Assembly: GCA_028865345.1 (NCBI GenBank)
Contig: JAGWKL010000002.1
Coordinates: forward strand, 128,665-192,664
DNA length: 64,000 nucleotides
From: Candidatus Omnitrophota bacterium
Lineage (GTDB): Bacteria; Omnitrophota; Gorgyraeia; Zapsychrales; Fredricksoniimonadaceae
Direction of reading: 5' to 3'
Shown here: positions 56,596 to 64,000 of the stretch, piece by piece
How positions within the stretch are numbered: position 1 is the first letter of the stretch
Layout of the letters: every line of letters starts with the position of its first letter
Notes under the pieces: generated by a model
The model's input: only the letters and a program-made list of their open reading frames with translations
Told to the model about the DNA's origin: nothing
Databases searched by the model: none
Position numbers and translations under genes: made by a program

Positions 56596-57238
56596 TCTTT
56601 ACGTGAAATACAAGGTCCCCTATCATGCGGATGACATCCTGAACCGGGAGTTTGGCAGTATTGATGGTCAGATCATAAAGTCTGGCGTCATCAATATTCT
56701 TATGAAAATATTTATGGAAATATTCCCTGCGGTTGCGTTCTTCCTGGACAATATAACGTCTGGCCTGTTCTTCTTCCATATTCAAAATTTCCCGAAGGTA
56801 ACGGATCCTGTCGGCCACCGGCGCCACCAGCCTGACATGCGCCCCCTGGAGCAGGTCGGCCGTGACGATGTTGGAGCCCCTTCCGACGAGGATAGCATAA
56901 CCCGATTGAGCCAATTGAAAAATGGTGTCATTGATCTCATTGACCAATAAATGGCGCGAAGGATGAAGGCCGATGGTTTCCTCTATGATATTCTCGAGTT
57001 CCGAAGTTATCGATTCCGATAAATAAGGCAGGACTGTCTGGGGCAATTGATGGTCTTCCGCCACTTTCTTGAGCAAATTGCCGTCATATATCCTCCACTG
57101 GGCTCCTTTACGCCTTTCATGCGTCTGCAAATACTCCCCCAGGCCCTGGATAACGCTTTTGGCACGGGCCCCCAGCTCATAGGAAATAGTCACAAACGGC
57201 TTAGCCAGCCGCTTTTCTTTTACCGCATAATATCGCAT
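56555..57238 (-). CDS. Cytidylate-kinase-like family (P-loop NTPase) protein
   Basis: ITISYELGARAKSV...YDGNLL pattern typical of the CMK-like family. No classical GxxxxGK P-loop. Confidence 0.65.
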   Translation of the reverse strand: MRYYAVKEKRLAKPFVTISYELGARAKSVIQGLGEYLQTHERRKGAQWRIYDGNLLKKVAEDHQLPQTVLPYLSESITSELENIIEETIGLHPSRHLLVNEINDTIFQLAQSGYAILVGRGSNIVTADLLQGAHVRLVAPVADRIRYLREILNMEEEQARRYIVQEERNRREYFHKYFHKNIDDARLYDLTINTAKLPVQDVIRMIGDLVFHVKNENLYHRPLHASA

Positions 57239-57417
57239 GGTTCTTTTGAAAAGCCCCCCGCGCCTCTTCCTTGATTATAAAGGAAGTTTTAAAGCCCAGG
57301 AGGAGAAGGCCTGAGTTTAAATAAGGCGCGAGGGGGAAATAAGACCGTTCTGGCAAACGTAACCATTTGCTTACATCTTGTAAACAAATGCTTACTATAA
57401 AAATATACTAACAAACC

Positions 57418-57813
57418 CTATTTGTCAATTTTATTTCCGTCTAAACTGCAGAGGCCGGAGCCGAAATAAGCGATCAACAAAGCCGCCCCCAGCATGGAAG
57501 TGTTCTTGAGAAAATTGACCATCTGCATCTGCCTCATCATCGGATCGCTGACTGCCCAAAAATTATGCATCATCAAGGTCACGGGAACCAAAAATACCAC
57601 CAACATCCAGGCCCCCCAGCGCGTCTTATAGCCCAACAGGATGCATACCCCTCCCAAAAGCGCCAAAATGCCCGCCAAAGGCACAAGGACGTGGGCCATA
57701 GGCACGCCATGCTTGGCCGCGAAACCTATGACCGGTCGGGTAAAATCATTGAACGACGAAAGGATAAAAATCAAGGAATACAATATTCTCCCCAACAAGA
57801 CAATGAATTCCAT
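57418..57813 (-). CDS. DoxX-family membrane protein
   Basis: 131 aa with 4 TM helices in a DoxX-like pattern. Confidence 0.7.
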   Translation of the reverse strand: MEFIVLLGRILYSLIFILSSFNDFTRPVIGFAAKHGVPMAHVLVPLAGILALLGGVCILLGYKTRWGAWMLVVFLVPVTLMMHNFWAVSDPMMRQMQMVNFLKNTSMLGAALLIAYFGSGLCSLDGNKIDK

Positions 57814-57825
57814 TCACCCTCCTTT

Positions 57826-58266
57826 TTAGATTTTTTGCCCGCTGTGTTCAAAAACAACCAAATTCCCCGTGAATTCCAGAAGAGTACTTTCATAGGGCAC
57901 ATAGGTCGTGGGGTGGTAGTAATACCACCCGTAATAACCGGGAACAACATATGTCCCCATATAGGGAACGGCACGGGTGACGGCGTCGATGACGGCATCG
58001 GCGCCTTTCTTTCTGGCGACCCTGACCGCCTCCTGCGACAGCAGGCCCGGCGTAACATCATTGGCGGCATCTCCCTGAATATCCACTTTCCCGATGACCT
58101 GATATGGCGGGGACACGGGAAGCTTATGGGACGGGGAATAAACCGGGATAAAATAATTCTCCGGTTTGGGAGGATAAGAATGATTGGTATAAGAAAAATA
58201 TCTTAGGCTTGTCGCGCAACCAGCCAAGCTCAGCACCGTCAAAATGACCAAAGAAATCTTTTTCAT
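57826..58266 (-). CDS. BhsA/YdgH (DUF1471)-like lipoprotein with Tyr-rich C-terminus (paralog of 36080..36454)
   Basis: Lipobox LAGC. YQVIGKVDIQG...DVTPGLL...KGADAVID. C-terminus LLEFTGNLVVFEH, versus LLRFTGQLIVYTH in the paralog. Confidence 0.6.
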   Translation of the reverse strand: MKKISLVILTVLSLAGCATSLRYFSYTNHSYPPKPENYFIPVYSPSHKLPVSPPYQVIGKVDIQGDAANDVTPGLLSQEAVRVARKKGADAVIDAVTRAVPYMGTYVVPGYYGWYYYHPTTYVPYESTLLEFTGNLVVFEHSGQKI

Positions 58267-58295
58267 TTTTGCCTCCTTCATGAAGCGTCTTGCGC

Positions 58296-58751
58296 TTACA
58301 TGCCATCGAACACCTTGGTCCCACCCAAATATCCCTGAAAAATAAGGAGCGCGACAAAGGCAAAACCGAATAAAAGATATAGCCCGGAAACTTTTTGATC
58401 TTGACGGTTAAATTTCAAACGCCATGACATCAGGCCTATTAAAAGCACCGCCAGGCTTGTGCCCAGCCACTTATGCATGGTCATGCCCGGATCGCCGTTA
58501 TCGTCCTTCATCCAAAAAAGCCATCCCGCGGCAACTGTAAAAGGAGTGATGAGGGCTGCATACAGCATCGTCAACCGGCCAGTGTCCTGCAGAGGCCTGC
58601 TTTTCAGGCAAACAGCCAGTAGATCGCTGGCCACCGATGTGGGGACCAAAGCCGCCGTAAAATTAACAAGGATGGGATGCAATTTGGTCACTGTCACGAA
58701 GTGTTTCATTGCCGCCAGAACATGTATATCCATTGGACGTCCTTTCTTCAT
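58296..58751 (-). CDS. DUF2231-like membrane protein
   Basis: 4 TM helices. Family assigned by overall pattern only. Confidence 0.5.
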   Translation of the reverse strand: MKKGRPMDIHVLAAMKHFVTVTKLHPILVNFTAALVPTSVASDLLAVCLKSRPLQDTGRLTMLYAALITPFTVAAGWLFWMKDDNGDPGMTMHKWLGTSLAVLLIGLMSWRLKFNRQDQKVSGLYLLFGFAFVALLIFQGYLGGTKVFDGM

Positions 58752-58766
58752 CAGCCGATGTCGGTT

Positions 58767-59258
58767 TTATCTTTTGTACTGAATGAGTATACCGATTATA
58801 AATAATAAAGCCAACAAAAGCAATTTTAAGTATGCGCCTGCATGGATACTCTGGACGATGAACATGGCCCCTATAAAAGAGGAAATAATGACCAGCGCCG
58901 GATTGAAAAAAATGGCCAGAAAAACACTTCCTAATATTCCGCTTATCACGACAAGCATCCACCAGAGATCGCTCGTGCCGGCTGGAACAAAATAATTCCA
59001 CAGACCTGTAAATATATAGATGCCCGCCAAAAAACCGACGCATAGGAGAGCCAAACCCTGAAAAAACAAGACGAGGACCAAACCGACCAACCCGCACATC
59101 AAACCCGCAGCCACTGCCTGCCAGGCCGGCAAGCCGAATATAAAATACGCGCCAGCTTCGTATCCGACCCAAAAACCCAAAGCGCAGATAAAAAACCAAA
59201 AAAGCTGCTCGCCTGCGGCCAACATTAGGATGCCGATCAATAGTTTTACGGCCGCCAT
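58767..59258 (-). CDS. Hypothetical polytopic membrane protein
   Basis: 163 aa with 5 TM helices. No motifs recognised. Confidence 0.5.
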   Translation of the reverse strand: MAAVKLLIGILMLAAGEQLFWFFICALGFWVGYEAGAYFIFGLPAWQAVAAGLMCGLVGLVLVLFFQGLALLCVGFLAGIYIFTGLWNYFVPAGTSDLWWMLVVISGILGSVFLAIFFNPALVIISSFIGAMFIVQSIHAGAYLKLLLLALLFIIGILIQYKR

Positions 59259-59426
59259 AAGATTTTCCTTAAAAGACTTATATTACCGTCCGGGCATTCT
59301 TTCTGTGTACCCCCTTGTTTTAATACCAAACAGATTAATGAAAGATTAAATCAGCATTAAAAACCCCTAAGCGGGATTCATCTTATTTTAACCTTCGCTT
59401 CATTCCCCTTTTGCTGCAATACTTGC

Positions 59427-59675
59427 GTGCATCAACAATTGGAATCCAAACAACAGCCCTTGGCAACCATTCCCATGGCCGGTGGCTTTACCGAATTGGG
59501 AGCCGTCAGCCGTGTCAAGGCCCTAAGAATAAACGGAAAAAAACACAGTCATAACGCCATCAGGGGCAACATCAAAGGGTCCATCGCGGGCAACCCTCAA
59601 GATGACGCCCCTCTTATGCCGGGAGATGTCGTGGTGGTTTCAGAGGGGATATTTAAGAAATATTTTATCGTTTAA
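59427..59675 (+). pseudogene. Possible remnant of SLBB-domain (polysaccharide-export-like) gene
   Basis: 82-aa ORF ending ...APLMPGDVVVVSEG, reminiscent of SLBB domains. No N-terminal part or signal peptide is present. Confidence 0.25.
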
Positions 59676-59847
59676 ATCGAACATCCTTGACCAGGGGGCT
59701 TAACTTTTTTTCGACGATCTCATTGAGGCCGTAGTTTTCAAGCCTTTTTTGCGCCTCCGCCGATGAAAGCCCGTCCTTCGTGCAGGACAATGCCTTCAGC
59801 AGCTCATCGGCAGAGGTATTTTTCGCCTCTTTCTCGTCCATTTCCAT
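59665..59847 (-). pseudogene. P-type ATPase N-terminal (Cation_ATPase_N) fragment
   Basis: 60 aa, LSCTKDGLSSAEAQKRLENYGLNEI. This is the characteristic N-terminal helix of P2-type ATPases, truncated before any TM or catalytic domain. Confidence 0.45.
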
Positions 59848-59859
59848 CCTTTGCGATTG

Positions 59860-60096
59860 TTAATATCCAAGGTCCTTTTTCATTTGTGCAAACTCTTGCG
59901 AATTGATCTCCCCTGAAGCATATCTTCTTTTAAGGATATCGAGAGGGGCTTCTTTGGCATCATTCTTGGGACCCTGAGGTTCCGAACGGTGCTTGATCAA
60001 AATGACCAAACAGCAAATGATCAAGACCCAAAACAAAAAGGTAAACAAAGACCCCCACCACCAACCAAAGCCGTTCCAACAGTACGATGACCACAT
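59860..60096 (-). CDS. SHOCT-domain small membrane protein
   Basis: N-terminal Trp-rich TM segment. C-terminal LKRRYASGEINSQEFAQMKKDL matches the SHOCT motif. Confidence 0.6.
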   Translation of the reverse strand: MWSSYCWNGFGWWWGSLFTFLFWVLIICCLVILIKHRSEPQGPKNDAKEAPLDILKRRYASGEINSQEFAQMKKDLGY

Positions 60097-60425
60097 AGAC
60101 TACCTCCTTGGTAAAACCAAAAATCGTTTTCTTTTTGTATGATAAAATTGCAGGTTATCGCTGTCAATAAAAAATCCGGCAGGGAGTCAATTGGACGGTT
60201 TGACGATCTTACTCTTTTCCTTCCTTTTCTTAAGAAGAGGGTCTTTAATGTCCGTTCTTAAAGGGAACTCGAATTTATCTTTTAAAACACATCCGATTCC
60301 GCCCGGAAAGCACGCCGTTTTACGGCGCCTGCAGAAATCATCAGATCTTCTATGCCGGCAGTCCCACATTTAAGGTCTCTCCTTCCTAAAAATCATCCCC
60401 ATTGCCGTCAGTATACCATGATGTT

Positions 60426-61169
60426 TCATTGACGAATCGTCCAAAAATCGTCGGCCAGGGTCTCCAGATAGGCATAGGGCATGGTAAAGTAACCGGCTTG
60501 GCCCCACTGCGTACCCCAGGAATTGCGCACGATAAAACGTTTCTGTTTCTGGTCATACCCGGCGGCCATAACCGCGTGCCCCCCTAAGACCTTTTCCGAT
60601 CTTTTGGGCATGGGCACAATGCCGGTTTGGGTGACTTTAGGGCTTTCAAAACTCTCATAAACGCTAAACCCGAATACGAAGGGAAAACCGTCGGCCAGGC
60701 AGTTGAGCATTTCGGAAAGCGTCGCCAAACGGTGATAGGAAACGATACGGCGTTTAAGGGCCTCTTTGTAACAGGCTGTTGCGGGCTTGCGGGTGAATTG
60801 GGAAATATCATACGGCCAGGCGGATTCGGGACAAACGCCGTATTTAGCCAGGCTTTTGATGCCATCGCGGATCATGGCTCCGGAATCATAGCCCACCGTC
60901 CCTTCAATGGAGCGCTCGTTATAATAAATAAAGAGCCGGCTTAAATCCTTATAAGACTTACCATTGATCTCTTCCAGGAATTGCAGATTTCCTGCCAGGG
61001 CATTGGCCGTGCAGCTTCCCAACCTGCCCTGGTTTTCTATCGGCGAATCCTCGCTCCTTAAATCGACTCTGGAAGGCAATTTGATTTTTGGGGCAATGGC
61101 GCTATAGAGATAATCTCTATGGTCCGGCCTGTCCGGGACCCAACCGTAAACTGGGGACTGTTTCATCAA
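60426..61169 (-). CDS. Papain-like cysteine protease, C1 family, cytoplasmic (no signal or pro-region)
   Basis: All four catalytic-site residues are in register: Gln (NQG), Cys (GSCTANA), His (GGHAVMAAGYD) and Asn (RNSWG). Confidence 0.8.
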   Translation of the reverse strand: MMKQSPVYGWVPDRPDHRDYLYSAIAPKIKLPSRVDLRSEDSPIENQGRLGSCTANALAGNLQFLEEINGKSYKDLSRLFIYYNERSIEGTVGYDSGAMIRDGIKSLAKYGVCPESAWPYDISQFTRKPATACYKEALKRRIVSYHRLATLSEMLNCLADGFPFVFGFSVYESFESPKVTQTGIVPMPKRSEKVLGGHAVMAAGYDQKQKRFIVRNSWGTQWGQAGYFTMPYAYLETLADDFWTIRQ

Positions 61170-61198
61170 AGGCTCCTCTCGGGTATGGGGGGATTGGT

Positions 61199-61222
61199 TG
61201 GCCTGTCCCCAGACTCGGGGAC
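61199..61222. repeat. REP-like palindromic element GCCTGTCCCCAGACTCGGGGAC (family copy b)
   Basis: Immediately abuts the stop codon of the pilin gene. 7-bp stem. No T-run. Confidence 0.55.
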
Positions 61223-61984
61223 CTACATGCTTGCCTGTTGTGGAACAACGCTTCCGGAAACCTGGACTTCGGGGTTATCCACCGGGTCTTTGGAAACGGC
61301 CGCAGTGCTTCCTTGACCGCAATTTGTCGCGTCAGAATTATCGAGGCAGTTTAAGATATTGATGCTGAAGAGCAATTGAGAGCCATTCGCAATAAAGGAA
61401 GGCGAAGATGCAAGGCTGGTTCCGGCCGTACTGGTAATGCTGTAGGCTGTACCGAGAAAGGTTATGGTATTTCCTGTTGTGGGGTCCGGAAGAAGGTTGC
61501 CGCCGGCTGTGCTGCAACTGGAAGCGCCCCTGGGATCTGCCCCGGCAGTATATTTTTCAGCACACCATCTGATTTGATAAGGATACGTGGGATCTGTGGA
61601 CGGATACCACTGGTAACATAACCAAATATCCCCACCGGCATAATTGATCAGATTATTGCCATTGCCTTGAGGCTGATGGATACAAAATGTATGCGCATCA
61701 GTTACTGTGGTCCCTGTCGAGCCTGTATTGAGCGCCATCCCTGGCACAAGAATGGCCTCGTCATTGGCATTGGCGCTGCCGACAGCCAAAGAAGCATTAT
61801 TAAGCATGTGATTTAAAGCGGCCTGTGTTTCTGACTTAAGAAAATACTTCTGCCCATAATCCTGATTGCTGTTTCTCAGCGCTGAATTAACGGCCATAAT
61901 ACCGGATATAATAACGACAACCAGGAGTGTTGCAACGATCAATTCAATGAGGGTAATGGCCCGGTTGGAAAATACCCTTTTCAT
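61223..61984 (-). CDS. Type IV minor pilin / pseudopilin-like protein
   Basis: Prepilin N-terminus MKRVFSNRAITLIELIVATLLV. About 250 aa of Thr/Ser/Gly-rich sequence. Confidence 0.75.
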   Translation of the reverse strand: MKRVFSNRAITLIELIVATLLVVVIISGIMAVNSALRNSNQDYGQKYFLKSETQAALNHMLNNASLAVGSANANDEAILVPGMALNTGSTGTTVTDAHTFCIHQPQGNGNNLINYAGGDIWLCYQWYPSTDPTYPYQIRWCAEKYTAGADPRGASSCSTAGGNLLPDPTTGNTITFLGTAYSITSTAGTSLASSPSFIANGSQLLFSINILNCLDNSDATNCGQGSTAAVSKDPVDNPEVQVSGSVVPQQASM

Positions 61985-62466
61985 GGCATACTTGTCCAAT
62001 TGATATTCAAATCGACCCTGCGGGCCACGCCGGCATCGACGGCGGTAATGGTGCCGCAGGTAGCGGTGCCGTCCCCGCAGCTGACGACATAGGACAGGCA
62101 TGGAGTGACGCCGATGTCAGGGCATGAATTCGAAGCAGAGATGGCCGGAGGCCATTTTAAACCGGACGCTGTTAACGTGGCATTATTGACTTCATGGGTC
62201 CCCAACTCCAAAGATAAACCCGTGCAAACCGGTGAGCAGGTGGCATAAAAATTGGCAGCACTGTTGGCGCTCACCGAAGAACGCAGGTTCTCAAGCACCT
62301 GCTTTCCGAAAACAGCCGCTGCCAGGGCATTCTCTTTGTCGTTCGCCGGAGTGCGCGTGGTGTTCAGGGTGGCAAAAATTCCGGCGATGGAAACGACAAA
62401 AATGACCGCCGCCAGTAAAACTTCCAGCAACGAAAACGCCTGTTCATTCAAATTTTTTTCTTGCAT
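61981..62466 (-). CDS. Type IV minor pilin / pseudopilin-like protein
   Basis: MQEKNLNEQAFSLLEVLLAAVIFVV prepilin-type N-terminus. Several Cys residues. Confidence 0.7.
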   Translation of the reverse strand: MQEKNLNEQAFSLLEVLLAAVIFVVSIAGIFATLNTTRTPANDKENALAAAVFGKQVLENLRSSVSANSAANFYATCSPVCTGLSLELGTHEVNNATLTASGLKWPPAISASNSCPDIGVTPCLSYVVSCGDGTATCGTITAVDAGVARRVDLNINWTSMP

Positions 62467-62471
62467 AAGCA

Positions 62472-62930
62472 TCAAGGGCACCAACCGCTATCGCCTGCCG
62501 CAGGTACGCAAACAGGATTTGAATTATTGGTTAAGTTTACCGGCGCATTGGTCACAGTAATCGTAATGTTCGGCCTGGTCGCCTTACAGGAAAACCCGGA
62601 CGCATCCGTGACGCAGGAATACGTGTATGATCCGTCATCCTCGATATCCAGGGACAAATTGCAATTGATGGCCGCCAATGTATCCCCGCAGTGGGTGTCA
62701 GAGGCATTGCAGGCAGGAGTTGCGGCTGAGGTGGCAATGCAATATCCATTGTTATTGTTATAATAATTCCGTTGGGCGCTGTAAATGGCCAATAAATTAT
62801 TCCGGGCTGTCGTCGCCTTTGCCTGCTCCGTGGGAGCGACATAACTGGGCAAAAGAAACGCCATCACAAGCCCTATGATAAACAGGACCACAATCAGTTC
62901 GATCAACGTGAACCCAGCCCTGTAAGGCAT
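62472..62930 (-). CDS. Type IV pilin (PilA-like paralog)
   Basis: MPYRAGFTLIELIVVLFIIGL. C-terminal disulfide loop CVPAAGDSGWCP. Confidence 0.75.
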   Translation of the reverse strand: MPYRAGFTLIELIVVLFIIGLVMAFLLPSYVAPTEQAKATTARNNLLAIYSAQRNYYNNNNGYCIATSAATPACNASDTHCGDTLAAINCNLSLDIEDDGSYTYSCVTDASGFSCKATRPNITITVTNAPVNLTNNSNPVCVPAAGDSGWCP

Positions 62931-62999
62931 AAATATATATACCCCCCTATTTAAATTTATAACATACAAAAGAAGACAGGTCAAATATGGCTGCCAAAA

Positions 63000-63455
63000 T
63001 CAGGGACAGGTGAGGCCGGTGCCGCTGTGAGAACAGGCCAGGTTGCCGTTGATGTCCACGGTCAATGTGTTGGCCTGGCTTGCGGGTATGGTCACTGCAG
63101 TAACCGCTGTGCACTGCAACACATTTCCAGGGGCTGTGCAGCTATAAGCAAATCCGTCAGTGTCAGCGGCCATGCTTATCCGCAAGTTGGAACTGAGGTG
63201 CGACTGGGAATCTCCGCAAAAGCCGGCATGGCCTGTGGGGTTTGCGCCGGTCGAGATACAATACGAACTGTAATCTTCATAAAATTTTGATTGCGCGGCG
63301 GCAATGGCCCTTAAATTGTTCTCCACGAGCTGCACCCTGGCTGTCCATTCCTGGTTAAAATAACTTGGGATGGCGATGGCGGCCAGAGCACCGATGATCA
63401 CCAAAACAACCAAAAGTTCTATCAGGGTAAAACCGCTTTTAAATGATTTTTTCAT
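63000..63455 (-). CDS. Type IV pilin (PilA-like paralog)
   Basis: MKKSFKSGFTLIELLVVLVIIGALAAIAIP. C-terminal CSHSGTGLTCP loop. Confidence 0.8.
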   Translation of the reverse strand: MKKSFKSGFTLIELLVVLVIIGALAAIAIPSYFNQEWTARVQLVENNLRAIAAAQSKFYEDYSSYCISTGANPTGHAGFCGDSQSHLSSNLRISMAADTDGFAYSCTAPGNVLQCTAVTAVTIPASQANTLTVDINGNLACSHSGTGLTCP

Positions 63456-63460
63456 ATCTT

Positions 63461-63499
63461 AAAAAAAAGGCAGCCCCGCGTCCGGCGGAGCTGCCTTTT
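63461..63499 (-). terminator. Rho-independent (bidirectional) terminator downstream of major pilin gene
   Basis: AAAAAAAAGGCAGC-loop-GCTGCCTTTT. A T8 run follows the hairpin on the minus strand. Confidence 0.65.
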
Positions 63500-63517
63500 C
63501 AACACCAAACATCAACT

Positions 63518-63988
63518 CTAACAAATACCGGTATATGGACTGGCACTACCGGTAGCACATGACCAAATGCCAGCAGCATTCCTGGTAAGCGTGATCGTTT
63601 TAGCACCAGCATCCGTGGCCACAAGAGTATAGGTTGCAGTGCCTGCCGAGACCGTTCCTGCCGGAGCAACGGCTGTTCCTAAAGTTGCACTTTGTGCTAC
63701 GACAGCAGGTGCAATCGAAACAGTCCAGCCATTTTGAGCGCCGGCATTAAGATTTTGGCCTGCTAAGGTGCACTGCCCAGCATTAGGCAAGGTGGTGTAA
63801 TGTGCCTGAAGACAGGACTCGATAGGCGTTTTATAGCTGTCCAGCAAGGTCAACGCCTGGGCACCGGCGCTTTTTTGGATATTACTGAAGAGGTTAGGCA
63901 ACGCAATGGCCGCCAAAATACCCACTATGATCAAAACAACGATAATTTCTATCAATGTAAAACCGCTGTTATTGCCGATTTTTTTCAT
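63518..63988 (-). CDS. pilA: Type IVa major pilin (PilA-like)
   Basis: MKKIGNNSGFTLIEIIVVLIIVGILAAIALP. C-terminal D-region Cys pair CATGSASPYTGIC. AGGAGA RBS. A terminator follows immediately. Confidence 0.8.
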   Translation of the reverse strand: MKKIGNNSGFTLIEIIVVLIIVGILAAIALPNLFSNIQKSAGAQALTLLDSYKTPIESCLQAHYTTLPNAGQCTLAGQNLNAGAQNGWTVSIAPAVVAQSATLGTAVAPAGTVSAGTATYTLVATDAGAKTITLTRNAAGIWSCATGSASPYTGIC

Positions 63989-64000
63989 GCTAGGTCTCCT

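Noticed and set aside
60187-60373. Pair of 60-aa overlapping ORFs on both strands
   Set aside because: They are mutually exclusive antisense ORFs in a region I interpret as a non-coding deletion scar. There are no motifs.
1-64000. Search for CRISPR arrays, tRNA/rRNA genes, transposases, integrases and toxin-antitoxin pairs
   Set aside because: I saw no direct-repeat/spacer periodicity, no cloverleaf-compatible segments in intergenic regions, and no DDE/tyrosine-recombinase motifs. I could not support any such call.

Overview
The window reads as a 64-kb chromosomal segment with about 50 % GC, almost gene-saturated and predominantly on the minus strand, apparently from an anaerobic, probably uncultivated bacterium. 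I cannot assign a taxon from sequence alone. I found no rRNA, tRNA, CRISPR array, transposase or integrase.

Recognisable content, from start to end:
- a GltP-family Na+/H+:dicarboxylate symporter, PurU, a PyrD-like flavoenzyme and single-chain pyruvate:ferredoxin oxidoreductase;
- an SDR oxidoreductase, then a complete MoxR-DUF58-DUF4381-BatA-BatB-BatC-BatD (Bat/aerotolerance-type) operon;
- PEP carboxylase with PurE, then a 1,081-aa glycoside-phosphorylase-like protein with a polysaccharide deacetylase and YqeY;
- a PilZ protein and an Smr protein, then a copper-delivery cluster (SCO1, PCu(A)C, cytochrome c, outer-membrane beta-barrel);
- a Zur-type zinc regulon (Fur-family regulator, CcdA/DsbD-like membrane protein, His-rich TPR protein, ZnuABC, plus 7-1-7 palindromic boxes) and glycogen phosphorylase;
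- a tightly coupled ExbB-ExbD-TPR-vWA-retropepsin-like protease operon, bracketed by low-complexity secreted proteins that share a conserved roughly 50-aa C-terminal domain;
- a trypsin-like protease, a compact beta-carbonic-anhydrase-like protein and a membrane-membrane-AmmeMemoRadiSam-type radical SAM operon;
- a PABS-like (spermidine-synthase-fold) polytopic membrane protein, a MarR-TolC-EmrA-EmrB efflux operon and amtB-glnK;
- DUF488, a cytidylate-kinase-like protein, DoxX, small membrane proteins, gene remnants (P-type ATPase N-terminal fragment) and a cytoplasmic papain-like C1 protease;
- five tandem type IV pilin/pseudopilin genes.

The most interesting candidate is the ExbBD-TPR-vWA-aspartic protease operon flanked by the proteins carrying the shared C-terminal tag. 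I read it as a possible PMF-driven sorting or processing system. I also noticed a recurrent REP-like palindrome (GCCTGTCCCC..GGGGACAGGC) at several gene 3' ends.

All calls are made by eye from motifs. No database search was possible.
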